Assembly: GCA_965153285.1 (NCBI GenBank)
Contig: OZ229116.1
Source: Podarcis tiliguerta
Lineage: Eukaryota
DNA: 64,000 bases
Reading direction: 5' to 3' (one strand)
Shown here in pieces: positions 44,901-59,250 of this stretch; within the stretch, counting starts at the first letter, position 1; every line of letters begins with the position of its first letter. Under the pieces are notes generated by a model. That model saw only the letters and a program-made list of their open reading frames with translations, ran no database searches and was not told where the DNA came from. Position numbers and translations under genes: made by a program.

Positions 44901-46777
44901 TATTGCATTTTGATGACAAATTAGAGCTGTTCAAATGTGCTTTACTGCATGCAAAACCTGATGGAGTCCTTAGGCTATTTTTTGTGCAGGTAAAGTTTTG
45001 GGATACAAAGCTAAGTTTTTATTAAATTCTGCATCACTTGGAACTTTCTGAAGTGAAAATTGCTTTAATGATCACAGCATGAAGAACATGTAGTTACCAT
45101 ACTCAGCCATTTTCTTGCCCAAATACCCACATTAGGGGGTAGGATTATCTATCAGATGGACCTTGCTACAGAGTTTTTGAAAATTACTCTGGTGCAATAC
45201 AATAGGCTGAACTCTTCTACTGCAGAAAGTGTGCATTAGGGAGTTTGAATGCAGTCAGGAATGGACTGAAAATTCAAAGGCATCAATCAGTATTGGTTAC
45301 TTAGGATTCCAGGTGTGAAATAGATAGAGAGCATGGAGAAAGAATGGATAAGTTACTAATTTTATGAGAAACAGGAGGGCTAACTGCCCTCTTTCCTATC
45401 TGGCAGATTCACATGATTTGAAAGAGTGTTCTGCCTTTCAGCTTGGATATGATTGTAAAAAAAGAAAACCATATTCACCATATCACACTCTTAAGTGAGG
45501 TTTCCAGTGGGCTATCTGCCCATGTTGCTGATCAAGTGTGTAACCCACTTAGTTTGAGCAACAGCAGGTGCTACCAGACCATTCATTGGGTTCACTTTGG
45601 GTTCACTTTCTTCTTGGATTGTGGATGCCTGGATTGTGCATGGGGACTAGAGGTTGTGTTTAGTTGATGATTCTGTTTTGTGGCTGCTCTGGAAAAGGTT
45701 AAGAGCAACTATATAGGTAACTGGCCCCTTCGAAATATTTATGTTTGGATGTATGTCCTAGGCCAGGAAAACCCAATTGGGCCTGGGCTTATTGTTTCCA
45801 TTTGGCCTGTTCCACCCAGCTCTCTTCCACCATGACAGCATCATAACTCACTTCTCAGGTAAGCAAGAAAATAAGTTAAAGATTCTTTAGCATCATCATG
45901 CTTAAGGCCAGTCTAGTTACTCCACTAGGCTTTCCTTCTCCTTTTGCCTCCTGTACTCAGTGTCCCCTGATGATTGAATGTTCATACCACCAGATCAAGC
46001 AATTACATGATAGCTGGTGGGAATTCTGCAGCTTCTATGACAGGGAAATTGGCTATCATTGCTTATAGAAATGGACAGCTCAGAGGCACAGCTCTGCAAC
46101 TGAGTCAAAAACTTCTGTACCTCTCAACTGAACAGGCCACTGGGTTTTGGTAGACTGATGTAAAACTAGCTTTCCTCCAGCCCCCCAAGCTGCTAAAAAT
46201 GGGCTTGGGAAGGATTCCTAGCATATAATACCTGTACAAAGGATAGATTTTGGTTCAAAATTAAGATATGTAATCAAGGCTACTCACTACATTTTGGGGG
46301 GTCAACATGAAGTCATATAATTGTTTATCTCTGGTGGCCATCTACCACCAACTGTCCTATGGGAAAAATTCTAGGACAGAAGGATACAGGTGAAGACAAC
46401 CTCAATGGCTGCTCCAGCTGGATTTAGCAAACAACCCAGCTGTTTGATGTTGATGAAGGAATGGTGAGACAAAAATCACAAAGCTACGTGAAGAATCTGA
46501 ACACATTGTGTAGAAGTGCTATGTATGAAGGAGATAGTGCATATCATACTGGGGGGAAAGGTTAAGAGCAACTGCCAGGACCAATAGTGGCAAAGGAGTT
46601 TGCAAAAGGATCTGCATATCTATACACCTTCCAAGTAACTAACTGAACTTCTTATATATTTATAATAAAAGTTATACTCAGTTCTTAGATATTTACCTAG
46701 GATCAAATGCAATGATGACCAGCATCCACCAGTGGAATGGATTTTGCTTACATGCTGGAATTTTCCCTTTCCAGTGT

Positions 46778-47030
46778 GAGAGCCAGTGTGGTGTAGTGGT
46801 TAAGAGTGGTGGACTCATAATCTGGGCAGCCAGGTTCGCTTCCCTGCTCCTCCACATGCAGCTGCTGGGTGACCTTGGGCTAGTCACACTTCTCTGAAGT
46901 CTCTCAGCCTCACTCACCTCACAGATTGTTTGTTGTGGGGGAGGAAGGGAAAGGAGAATGTTAGCTGCTTTGAGACTCCTTTGGGTAGTGATAAAGCGGG
47001 ATATCAAATCCAAACTCTTCTTCTTCTTCT
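46778..47030 (+). mobile_element. tRNA/CORE SINE of Squam3 type with (CTT)n tail
   Basis: gagagccagtgtggtgtagtggttaagag head, gggtgaccttggg CORE-like segment, (CTT)n end; three similar copies in the window; family name from recall. Confidence 0.8.
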
Positions 47031-50000
47031 CTGCTCCTGAAACAGCCCATTGCTTAGTTCTAAAATTTTCTCTGAAGAGTTAAGGGACACCCCCACTCCG
47101 CACAGGTGTGGGGAGGAACATAGGGGCTTTGGGGAGGAGAGAAAGGGAAAGTCCCTTTGTACTAGCAGAAATCTGCTTGCGCAATGTCACCTGTAGGATT
47201 TGCACATGGACTCCACAGGGATGTCTAAATCTAAAACACATAGGACTGCTGTATTAGTAGGACAGCTTTCCTTTGTTTTTAGTTTTGTTCTGCATGCACT
47301 GTAACAGAGAGAGAGGACAGTTGAGTGAAAGAAACTTCAAGATCCCACCTCAAATTATTCTATGAACTGTGACTTTTAAAAATATTGGCAGTCCTCTCTG
47401 ACTGAATTTAGAAGCCAGATCACCCACATGAACACTGAAATGTTAAGGATAAATAACATCATCAACATGAAGGACAAAAGTTTAAGCAGGAATGAATGCC
47501 AAGTGTTTTAAAAGATATAAATTTGAGGATCTGAAGAGTCTAGTTTTTTTTGGGGGGGGGATCTCTTGTTCACTTTTCTATCTGCTCTGCTGGTTTCAGA
47601 ACACTATTCAAAACAAAAAAGAGGAAAAAGAAAGGTACAAAGCTGTTGGGAAAAACACAACATTTATCACTGATGGGTTTTTTGTTTCATGGGATTCATA
47701 TTGTAGATTCAGCTGTAATGAACAAATAAAAGCCACAGTGTTGTGTTTTGGCTAGCTGTGAAAATTTCAGGTTTGTTTTTATTTGCACTCTTTAATCTTA
47801 GAAATGTAATAAGAATTCCACAATGCAATGTTTCATGGGCACTTTATTGCTTTATAGAAATTCTCTGCTGTATTCATTTAGTCCTGAGCAAGACAATAAG
47901 CTCCATGAAGCCTTTCTGGGATGTTTTCTGTATTTTTTCCTCCCTATCTCCCTTGTGGTGTAATTGTGCTGTTTATTCCTCACTACGTCCCCCCAGTTAT
48001 AACCATATGTTTTTAACAGGTATTCGATGGATCTCCTTGAAAGCTGCAAATGTTTAATACCACGCCGAATTGCGATTCCTGTCAATATGGCGTGCTTCAA
48101 GCAACAAGAAAAACAACACTTTTGTTTAATGTCAGTAAAGTACAAACACATCTGCTTGAAGATATTGTGCCAATGCTGCAAATAGTTGTTCTTAGCCCCT
48201 GGCGGAGCCTGCTTTTAGACTTTATTACATTTAAGAAATTGACATAAATGAAATGCAGTTTTCACTAAAAGTTGAATTTAAAAGCAGACAGAAGCTAATA
48301 GCAAAAAAGAGAGATATTGTATGGTTTCTCCAATGAGTGAAGAAGTTCAGTAACTGAAGCAGCATCACAGGAAGTAGCAGGAAGTAGCCCAGTGACTAAT
48401 TGTGGTAGATCTCATTTGTGACAGCTGTGGGATCCATCAAATGGCACCATTTATGGCAGTCTTTGCCAGCCTGGTGCTCTCCAGGGTCCAGCATCATGCA
48501 GCCATGCCAGCTGGGGCTGATAGGAATTGTAGTTCAAAACATGTGGAGGGCACTAAGTTGGTGCAGGGTGATTTATAGACTTTCCAAAACAGAGAAATTG
48601 TGTGGGAGAAGTAACACACACAAAGTCATGTTGGTTCTTGTTCTTTGGAAAGGTGTGTAGTCAGTGACCAAGCCTGAAGTGGTCCCAAGTTCTTCTGATG
48701 ACAGTCATCACTTTGGAAACCAGGATTAAGGCCAGGCTCAGAAGTGCCTTCATATTTGTGCTTCCCTGTAGAGAACTAACTCTATACATTTAAAAGGTTT
48801 GGTCTGGTGTTTCTTGTTCAGCACAGGAAATTACAGGACGTAATAGTTAAATTACCACGAGGCTATACTTCTGTGTATATTGAAAACAGAAGTGATATTA
48901 GGCAAAAGTATTTTAAGACCCATTTTCTCCATCCTACTCTTCAAAAGCCTGTAAATTCTGAATATGATTTTGCTTCAAGAGAAGCTTGAGCCTAATGGGC
49001 TAATTCTTAGGCTTTAGAATTTCCTTTAGTTACAGGGGAATGCTTTTTTCTTTAAAATATTTCTTATTAATTTTTAATTAATAACAATCCAATGTAAGCC
49101 ACATTAATACAATACCAAATCATAATACAATTAAAAGAGCCAATTATCCAATACCAAATGAAACATTTTTGGATGACTTCCCTTTTTAATGATTCTTGAC
49201 GGTTGTATAGAGGGTTATTTTTACCTTAACACTGAAGGATATCTGCACACTGACCCAGAACTTCCACACTGCTTTTCGTGTGCATAGTACATCAGGGCAA
49301 CCATGCTCAAGCAACTGTACTTAAGCACAGATGTGCAGTCTCATGTGACTCTATATAAAAAAATGATTGCCATGTATTGGTCCACAACAGGTGAACATTT
49401 AGTGCTTTTCTAAACAATAATAATACACAGTGGTTGTGAAAAACTGAGCTACCAGCACCCAGATAGAATCCATTTCCACTGTTGTATGACATAGTGCACA
49501 ATGTAATGGAGTCTTTTGGCAATAAATCTGGAAGGAAACAAATCTGCCTGTGGATCCAAATTTAATGATCTCTACAGTATACCAAATGTCACTTCTGAAT
49601 ATATATTTATATCTACCAAAGCAAAGTGGCTTCGTTTACTGAATATGTTTCATATGAAACAGTTGCTAGCATAATTATAGTCCTGTTGTTAGTGGCAAGA
49701 CTGAAGATGCTATAAATCTAGATATTGATTTTCAAGTGATTTGCATTTTAAAATGGACAAGCATAGGCAGTACAATCTCATGTATGTCTACTCTGAAGTA
49801 AGCCACACTGAGTTCAATGGGATTTACTCCAGATAAGTGTGCATAGGATTAGAGCCATAAAGGACAATTTTTGTGTGTGTAACATATGGATTTGGTATGA
49901 AACAAATATGAGCAAGCCTTATTACTGTATCAGCTCCCTCATCTCTGCTAGGATTGCAGGCAAAGGCAGCTAGCTGGAATTATAGATTTTTGGCCAGCAT

Positions 50001-50447
50001 GAGTTATTACACCATCTAAATTTACTGCTTATTACTACAGAAGGAGCCAACTGGCAGACACGCCATCCATTTTGGAGGAGCATGGGGAGAGGATACTGAA
50101 ACAGCCACTTTTTGGATTTCAGCACTACAGCTAGTGGGGTACAGCCTTGAGAAGAAAGGTATGTTCACATTACTGCTTCCTCCTCATCTGGTGTGCTCCC
50201 ACTGCTAGGTTTTGAAGCCAGTTCACACAACACTCACCACAATCCATATTGATCCAGTAGTTGCACTAGAAAACATAAGCCACATTCCCTTCATACTTAA
50301 GAATGGCACATACATTTGACGTAACCGAGACACTTGTGCAGATGACAGCTTTATGGTTCTGGGGCTGCTGAGGTAGTGGAGAACTACTAAGGTCATGTCC
50401 ATCTAGTGAAGACATTCCCTGACTGCTCCCTGATGTTCACAACACTA

Positions 50448-50688
50448 GGCCTTCTTGGTAGTAGCGCCCACCCTGTGGAATGCCCTCCCATCAGATGTCA
50501 AGGAAATAAACAACTATCTTACTTTTAAAAGACATCTGGAGGCAGCCCAGTTTAGGGAAGTTTTTAATGTCTGGTGTTTTATTGTGCTTTTAATATTCAG
50601 TTGGGAGTCGCCCAGAGTGGCTGGGCCAGATGGGTGGGAAATAAATAAATAAATTTATTATTACTGTATTATTATTATTATTATTATA
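50448..50688 (+). mobile_element. L2-clade LINE 3' end
   Basis: [32 protein letters not shown], typical L2 ORF2 C-terminus; (TAAA)/(TTA) tail. Confidence 0.8.
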
Positions 50689-50788
50689 GCTTGAAATGCA
50701 GCAGATGTGGGGATGACTTCGATGCTTTTTAAGTATACAATGTGAACATTCCCTAAGTCTGTTTATCAGAGTCCAGAGAGGCTGTAAG

Positions 50789-50935
50789 CAGTGGCGTAGC
50801 GTGGGGGGTGCAGGGGGGGCCGGCTGCACCGGGCGCAACATCTGGGGGTTAGGGTTAGGGGGTGCAAATCCACGGGTTAGGGGGTGCAAATTACCTGCCT
50901 TGCCCCGGGTGCTGACAACCCACGCTACGCCACTG
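50789..50935. mobile_element. hAT-type MITE (147 bp) containing TTAGGG repeats
   Basis: Perfect 17-bp TIR cagtggcgtagcgtggg; perfect 8-bp TSD gctgtaag. Confidence 0.88.
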
Positions 50936-52513
50936 GCTGTAAGAGCTTTTCATACATGCTTTATAGGGGGAATGTGTCACCTAAACTGTTCCATCTTCTC
51001 CCCAGCCATCTTCGGCCACCCCATTATTCCACCATTTCTCTTCTAACCACAGTACTTGGAAAGGCACCCAACCCATTTTTTCCATCTGTCCTTGCAGAGC
51101 CCTCCTTGAATGTTATCTGGAGTTGTTTTTCACTCTAACATTCAGTTAGGTTCCTTCCAAATGGGTTCTTAATACTTTTGTGGTCAGGCCATACCCTTGC
51201 TTACATGATACTGGTTCCACTGATAATGATTTTTTATTTTTTATTACAGAATTTCTACATCAGAAGCAACCATTGTCTCTAAACTAAAATAATTGCCACC
51301 AACATGATTTTACCCCTTTTGAAAAAGGAGTCTGTATACCAGCCATATACCTTCCCACTCAGAAGTGGAGGCATTCCACAGAAAAGGGAGAACTCAAGCT
51401 GAACGCAAGGAAACAACTTGCACAGCCTTGGATTTTGTTACTAACCAGAACAGCAAGCCAGTTGCATTATTAATTAGCTTTCTCCTTTCTCGGCATTATT
51501 TATTGTTGCATTATAATGTTTCATTTATCACTTGAGAACGTCGCTTCACTATTACTTAAAAGCTCATAAAATAGACAAAATGAATTTTGGCTAATGTTAG
51601 TCTGAAGACATTTATATGAACAGAGCTAATAATTAACAATAATGGAGTGATCTGCCAAGTACCGAAAAATTTACTTGAGTTTTTTTACTTCACATATATA
51701 GCACTCAGGTCAAGACATTAGGCCCTGTATGACATATATATGGGGAAGCTCATTAGTTATACTTTCAATAGCACGATGAGTGTGCAAAGTGCTTTATTAT
51801 TCAGATTATTCATCTTCAAAGCAACTCTATAGAAAACTTGGTCTCCTCACCCCACCCTGCAGGACTGAACTAAGGCTGAGCTAGCCAAACCATGGCTGAG
51901 TTAGGATCTGAACTTTAGTTTCTTATTCTAAGGCTCTATGTCACCTACTGAACCACCTTGACGTTGCCAGGAGTATGGAACCATTAGATGAGTAGTGAAA
52001 AACCCTTTCTTCTGGTTGCCCTTAAGAGTATGATGTAGGTTTTCATTCACTACTGGGGTTTAAAGGTGTGTGCTTGTTTTAATTGCTTTGATTAATATAT
52101 GGTTAGAATATTTTTTTATTATTTATTGGTAACTATTGCTTGTTTTAAGGGAGGTGGGTGGAGCCTGCAGACAAACGCCCCTTTACCTTTTTATTGCTTG
52201 TTTTTAACATTGTTTTCACCTGGTGATATGTTTGATCTTCTATTGGTGAGCTGCTTTGGATATCTTTTGTAGAAAATGGGGTAAAAGTAATAAAGTGAAA
52301 TGAATACTAGCCCTTAGATTTATAGACTCAATAAATGCAGAGAGCTCAGAGGCAGGATACTTGTTTAATCAATGGATCAAAGCATTCATTGATATGGGAG
52401 GCATTTATCCAACCTTTCAACCGCACCAGGGACATGCCAGAACAATTTACTACCCAAAACATAGGACAAAATAGCTTTCTGCTCCTCATGTCATGTACAA
52501 AAGCTTATTAGAC

Positions 52514-52834
52514 CAGGGGTCAGCAACTTTTTTCAGCCATGGGCTGGTCCACCATCCCTCAGACCATGTGGTGGGCTGGACTGTATTTTTTGGGAGGAAA
52601 TGAATGAATTCCTATGCCCCACAAATAACCCAGAAATGCATTTTAAATAAAAGCACACATTCTACTCATGTAAAAATACCAAGCAGGCCCCACAAATAAC
52701 CCATAGATGCATTTTAAATAAAAGGACACATTCCACTCATGTAAAAACACACTGATTCCCATACCGTCCGCGGGCCGGATTGAGAAGGCGATTGGGCTGC
52801 ATCTGGCCCCAGGGTCTTAGGTTGCCTATCCTTG
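52514..52834. mobile_element. hAT (Charlie-like) MITE
   Basis: caggggtcagcaac...gttgcctatccttg termini; 8-bp TSD tattagac/gattagac; internal ~60-bp duplication. Confidence 0.78.
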
Positions 52835-55800
52835 GATTAGACAGTCACCACTTGAACACTGGCAATGGGATAGCATCCTCCATAGCCCCTGAAGCAGCAG
52901 GCTAGTATAGCAGGAAGAGGGTCAGGACAGATCATGTAGGATACAAAGTCTGTCCTCCAAGCAAGGGGGAACTTAGGAGGAACAGCTCCTAAGCACCTGC
53001 TGTCCAAGGCCATTATCTCATTTTGCCAGTCCTGAATTGCAAAGGTGTTGAAGGTAGCTAGCACCTATAAACATAATGTATCAACACATAAAAATAAAAT
53101 GCTAAGATTAAACATACAAGGAATAGCATTTAAAAAATCAAAAGAGAGAGCTGAAAGCAAATTAAGAAGGAACAACGATCAAAGCAAAGATAAAATAGAA
53201 AAAAGATTTTCAGTTTCTGGAGGGGAAAAGCAGAAAGTACGGGGCCAGACAGAAATCCTGGAGCAGGGAGTTCCACAAACTCAGTCTTTAGCTAGAATGG
53301 AGAAAGACATGCCCAAAGGCTTGTCAAGGTAGGCAGTATTGTGCTAGATGGGCCAAAGGTCCGACTCAGGATATGGCAGCATTTTCAAACTTGCAAATGT
53401 GCGGGGACAGCTCTAAGTTTAATATTTTGGAGATTTGCATAAAATTGCATATGCTGATTTTTCTGTACAAATTTAGAAATAATTGTTATGATTTTATAAT
53501 TTAGATATAAACACAATACTCCTCTGTCTGCTGTCAAGAGGGGCAGCTTCAGGACCCTTGCTCCCCGCTCCTTGTGAATCTTTAAACCAGACTTGGACCA
53601 GACAGCTTTTCTCTAACAGAGGATGTCTTCAAGTAGACAACTCTCTCCTGACAGCACTTCAAGTAGAGGACTGGCCATCCTAAAGCAGGGCGCATGACTA
53701 TTCTATGTGGTATTCAGTGGATTCAAGTGGAGACTTGGCACCCACAGTTTCAGAATAAGGAGTATGCCTGGGAGATAGAAGTTAAATAGTATCTCCCTGC
53801 ATTTAAGCAGTTAAAAAATGTACAGACCTTGTTTAACTCAATAGTGGTGACTTGCCTCTTCATTCGCTGGTCTTGGCAGGGAAACTAGGGGCAGTGACAT
53901 CTTTTCGGTGCCAAAGACACTGCTTCTTATTTCAGACACTTAAGTGTTAAAATACCACCAGCAGCTGCAGAATCATATTCTTAATTCTTTGGTGACCAAT
54001 AGTACATTGAGAGTGAATTTGTTTTTGTGGGGGTGTTCAATCATTTTTGGGGGGGCATTCTTATCACTGGTTTTAAACACCTTTGTACTGTGTGTAGTTA
54101 TTTAAGTTGTAACTACTTATTTAGCAAGCAAATTAGTTATTTTGTTTTTGAAGTTGTTTTCAGACTTTTGTGGAAAGTGACCAATTAATTATTAACAATA
54201 AATAGAGAGATGTATGAATGAAGTCAGGGGAATGACTGTATAGGCTTTTAATTTCTTGATTCAGATGACTCTCAACTTAGGTAGCGGTTACATTCTGGGA
54301 ATTTTGCGTAAAGCCAAAATCATGTATAATCAAAATACCATGGGTGCAATGATAGGTGGGATGCCAAAGTTTTTTTTCTGGATGTTCACCCATTTTTATT
54401 TTTATTTGCCAAGCATGTAAAACTGAATGTGCACAAATTAAATGCACGTACATTGCAAGTTGCCTGTATTGTGTGTGTAGTAGAAATTTGTTGGAAATTA
54501 ATTTTAAAAGGAAGATGATCTGGAGCCCCTACAATGCATAGTGTGGAATGTTTCAGAAGTATTTAATGTTTTTAAAAATGGGGTAATATTTTAGGAAGGA
54601 CAAGAAAGAAGTAATAGTATAGTTTTGGAAGATCTATTCAGACCAAAAAGTTAAATATGGTAGTATATTTATATTTCTTACCTGGTGGCTACTTTTTCCA
54701 TTTATTATTATTAATAAAAATATCCTGTCCAAGTATGCAGAAATGTAAAAAGGAACATTAATATGCTGTGATATAATGTGAACACCTGCTAAAATAAATC
54801 TGAACAACAGCATACTGTTTCATTTAAGTTTTTACTTCCATTGAATCTGCAAAATGAGTCAACAAACTGATGGTGGGAAGACTCTGACTATTACCAATGT
54901 GCCAGCTGATTTTTCACCTTTTGAGAACTGCAATTTAATTGTTTGCTGCCTGTGAGGACCCCCCCCAAAAAAAAACCCCTGTTGGCTTGCATTTAAAAGC
55001 CTTTGGTGACCAAATGGACTGAAGATGAAACTGAAGATGAAACTGAATATTGCCCTCCAATGTCCATAACTGTCAAATAAGATAATAGGAAAAGAGAATA
55101 TAACTGAAAGAAGGGCCCATAAAAAGGATGGTTCTGGGATAATCATAAGAATGAACCAGATGTGCAATGCTTTGGGATACTGAAAACCTTAGAAACAGGA
55201 TAAAAACCAAGGAGGCATGGTGGGTTTGGGGAAGAAAGAATACCATAATTCAAAAGTTACAAGTCTTTGCTAGATCAGTTTTAGGGACAATCCCCATGGA
55301 TTTATATTTCTGTTCCCCACAGTGGTAGCAAATTCAGTGTGATGTTTACAAGAAAAGCCTTTGAATATGCATTTCTAATTAGCTGTAAAATTTCTCATGT
55401 TACACTCTTTGGGATGTAGATCAGTGATAAAGCACATTCCTTGTGTGCAGAAGGTCCCATGTTCCAACTCTGGCATCTCCAGATTGGGTGGGGAGAAACC
55501 ACTGTGTCCAACTGGGGTTAGTTATAAGAGGTCTTACCAAACATTCTCACCAAGGTGCAGCAAAGTTTCTCTTCCAGCCTATTTAAAAATGCTTATTAAA
55601 AGTAGCAGCATATGCATGGTTGCAGTTTATAACTTCTAACACCATTATTTCCAGGGTTTAAGGCATTTTCATTACCATATTCATGGAGGGGTAGAACAGG
55701 TCTTTTAAAGCAGAAGCCATAACAATATATTCAGTATTTTCCATGGCACTTATTCCCAAGTATGTGTGCATAAGATTACAGCCTTCTTCATTCATTCTGA

Positions 55801-56322
55801 TTCTGTTTTTCTTCTTCTGATCTGCAGTAAGGGTACAGTGATGAGACGTCAACACAAACAACATTTGCTGTGGCTAGATCATTTGATTTCTTTCTGTGTC
55901 GGAGAAGGGGATATGCAAAGATCTTTAGAGACTGCTAAATCTAACTTAATGGAAAATTGAAATCTAGAAGTTCTGTGGCCTTGGGGCAATGCACCACTGA
56001 GCCGCTCTGCAATGCAAAAACATCAGCATTAACAAGTTTTCAATATCAAGGAAAGTTCAATAAGTGGTAACTATTACATAAGCGACATTGAGCAGGTGTC
56101 CTATTGATTTCATATCTGTTTTGGGCAGAAGGATAATAACCCCATGATTTATGTTGCCCGCCATTGCTTTACTGTTCCCTGGAGTAGATAACTGAAAAAT
56201 GAATAAAGATTGAGAATTCAGAGCTGTTTGATGCAGAAAAGTGCTGCTTTGCCAATGAAAAGAGGGTACCTTTACACAAAGAAGCTCTGCGGTTATAGAT
56301 ATCCTGCTGATGGAAATCATGC

Positions 56323-56323
56323 T

Positions 56324-56354
<31 letters not shown>

Positions 56355-56359
56355 CGCGC
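56323..56359. repeat. (TG)n(CG)n compound microsatellite
   Basis: Direct reading. Confidence 0.9.
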
Positions 56360-57158
56360 TCTGCAGGAGCCTATGAGTTGTAGCTAACCCAGTAATACTC
56401 AGAGTGGACCCACTGAAATTAATGGACATAAGTTAGTTAAAACTATTAATTGCATTCTAATTTAGTCAGCTATGACGCTAAATACCCTCATCCCCCTGAC
56501 ACCCTACCAAAAGGAGCCAGCTCTGGACTTTGCACTGCCTTCTGTTTACTGCAATGAATGGGAGAGAGGGGCAAACAACAGCAAAACTAGGTAGGGAAAA
56601 GCTCTACCTTTTGCCTTAAGAGAGATTGGTTTCCCTCTCTTCTGATAATATATAGTGTTAACTCGTTGGAACTGAACTTCTGGGTCTCTATATCTCCTTG
56701 AAATCATGATTTTTTACATCCTTTTCAATTTATTTATTGATTTTTCTTGGTCATGGATAGAATGATTTATTTATCAACTATTTTTTCTGAAGAGCTTTGC
56801 AAATTCAGCATACATTCAGCAGGCAGATAGTTTCAGCTACTACACCATATCTCATAAATGCTAACCTTCCAGAGATTCTCATGTAACATTTAATTACGTT
56901 TTGCTACACACACACAAACACACATACTCTATTTATTTATAACCCACTTTCCCCCCTGACAGGACTTAAGGTAACTTACAGATAAAATCAAGATGGAAAA
57001 CATAGAAAAAACTATTAAACATTAGGAGAATTAAAACTACGTAATATATAAAAACTGTTTAACACATACAAATAATTACAATAAGAACCGCATAGCACCA
57101 GTCCATATATAGCATGCCAGCTGTGTTTCCCAATGGGAACTTTGTGCTCTTGTCTTTA

Positions 57159-57408
57159 AGAGAGCCAGTGTGGTGTAGTGGTTAAGAGCGGTAGTCTCGT
57201 AATCTGGGAAACCGGGTTCGCGTCTCCGCTCCTCCACATGCAGCTGCTGGGTGACCTTGGGCCAGTCACACTTCTTTGAAGTCTCTCAGCCCCACTCACC
57301 TCACAGAGTGTTTGTTGTGGGGGAGGAAGGGAAAGGAGAATGTTAGCTGCTTTGAGACTCCTTAAAGGGAGTGAAAAGCGGGATATCAAATCCAAACTCT
57401 TCTTCTTC
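57159..57408 (+). mobile_element. Squam3-type SINE
   Basis: Near-identical to 46778-47030. Confidence 0.8.
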
Positions 57409-58870
57409 ATCATCTGTTGGAAAGAGTCCACATGATCTTCAGCAGAGGGGTCCAGTTTCAATCCCTGTTTTCTCAAGTTAAAAGCGTATGGTAACAAGTG
57501 ATGGGGAAAGACCTCTATCTAAGACCTTGGAGTGATGCTGTCTATCAGAGAAGAAAATCCTGGGATAGATGGGCAAACAATCTTACCTGATGTGTAGCAG
57601 CTTCCTAAGAGATTATTGCAACATCAGAGCTATCCACTTCATAAAGAAAAGTGGTGCAGTTATTGGGCACAGGGCCAGCAAGTTCCCTCTTTGCAAATCT
57701 GCAAGAATTCATGTCTGATAGTTCCTTTCTAAACAAATCCTCCATAATTCCACATGTTAACCATGCAAGGTAGACTGGTTGAAGGCTCATTATTCTCATT
57801 ATTACCAGGAAGTTATAATCTGTATTTAATCAACATCTAGTTTTATGATGTGCAGTGCTTGTGCAGTATTACTAATGATGTCAGTGAGAGTACCTTCTAA
57901 TCTGCAGAACATCCCCCCCCCTCACCCACCTTCATTTCCCACCCTGCAATGTCTTTTGACCTTTTGCAAATATCCCATTCAATAACTTTAAGATTTATGC
58001 AAGTTGCTTAGAATTTGTCACATGCACAGTAAGCTACAAAATAAATGTTTCCATGCTCGGCCACCATCACTATTAAATTATCTGGGCCACAGTTACGTTA
58101 TTCATCTAGGGACGCCAAGCAGTAAGGAGCACCCAACTTAATTCAGAATAAATACTTAATGATCCATTTTATTGTTTATAAAAAGGCAGCCAAAACTGAT
58201 GCATCAGACATATGGTTATGCTATTCAGATGTAACTGCTGCATGATAAACTGCTCAATAAAGCACATTATGCTTTTTTTTTTAAAGGCTAGGGCGACTGC
58301 ACTGCTCAGATAGCATTTATCTTCCCAAACAATGCTTTGTAAAAAAAAGAAAAAGTCACACATTGTACCTCATTTCATAACACTGATTAACTCTAAGCAC
58401 AATATGCCATTTTTCATTCTTCTTAGTGATAAGGAAGATGGCGCTACTATGAGACACATATAAACCAGATGGCATATTCTGATATTGATCTTTCTACTTT
58501 GCCTTTATCTGGCTCTGCAGAACTTTAAACTATAAAGAGTAGGCTGGAGCAGATTAAGAGCTGATTAAATGGAGACACTTCAGCACCATTAGTGGCTGAT
58601 GTCATGGGGGGGGGGGGCTGTGCAACTCCCCCCTGACAGTGGCATAGCTGGTGCTTAAATGAACAGAGCAGGGCATTGGCAAGTTCAGGGCTGACTCTGC
58701 ATGCCTCCAGTACGTTCTTGGTAGGCAGCAGAGGGTGATGGCACTGCAGTGGCCCATCATACTGCCCACTCTTCATCAGCACTTCAGGGAAGGAGGGAAT
58801 TCATGCCACTTGTTCTGAGCACACCCAGCCCCCAATGAGGACACATAATTGGATGATGAGCTCTTTATTG

Positions 58871-59250
58871 GCATGCGGGTGGTGCTGTGGTCTAAACCAT
58901 TGAGCCTCTTGGGCTTGCTGATCAGAAGGACAGCAGTTCAAATCCCCATGACTAGGTGAGCTCCTGTTGCTCTGCCCCAGCTCCTGCCAACCTAGCAGTT
59001 TGAAAGCACACCAGTGCAAGTAGATAAATAGGTACTGCTGTGGCAGGAAGGTACACAGTGTTTCCATTCACTCTGGTTTCCATCACAGTGTTCTGTTGCA
59101 CCACAAGTGGTTTAGTCCTCCTGGTCACATGACCCAGAAAGCGGTCTGTGGACAAAAGCCGGCTTCCTTGGCCTGAAAGCGAGATGAGTGCCACAACCCG
59201 ATAGTCGCCTTTGACTGGACTTAACCGTCCAGGGGTCCTTTACCTTTTAC
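58871..59250 (+). mobile_element. Sauria SINE (different subfamily body)
   Basis: Same head and ggggtcctttacctttt tail as the other copies, with a longer central segment. Confidence 0.83.

Noticed and set aside
46778-46850. tRNA-like sequences here and at other SINE heads
   Set aside because: They continue into SINE bodies and tails; not tRNA genes
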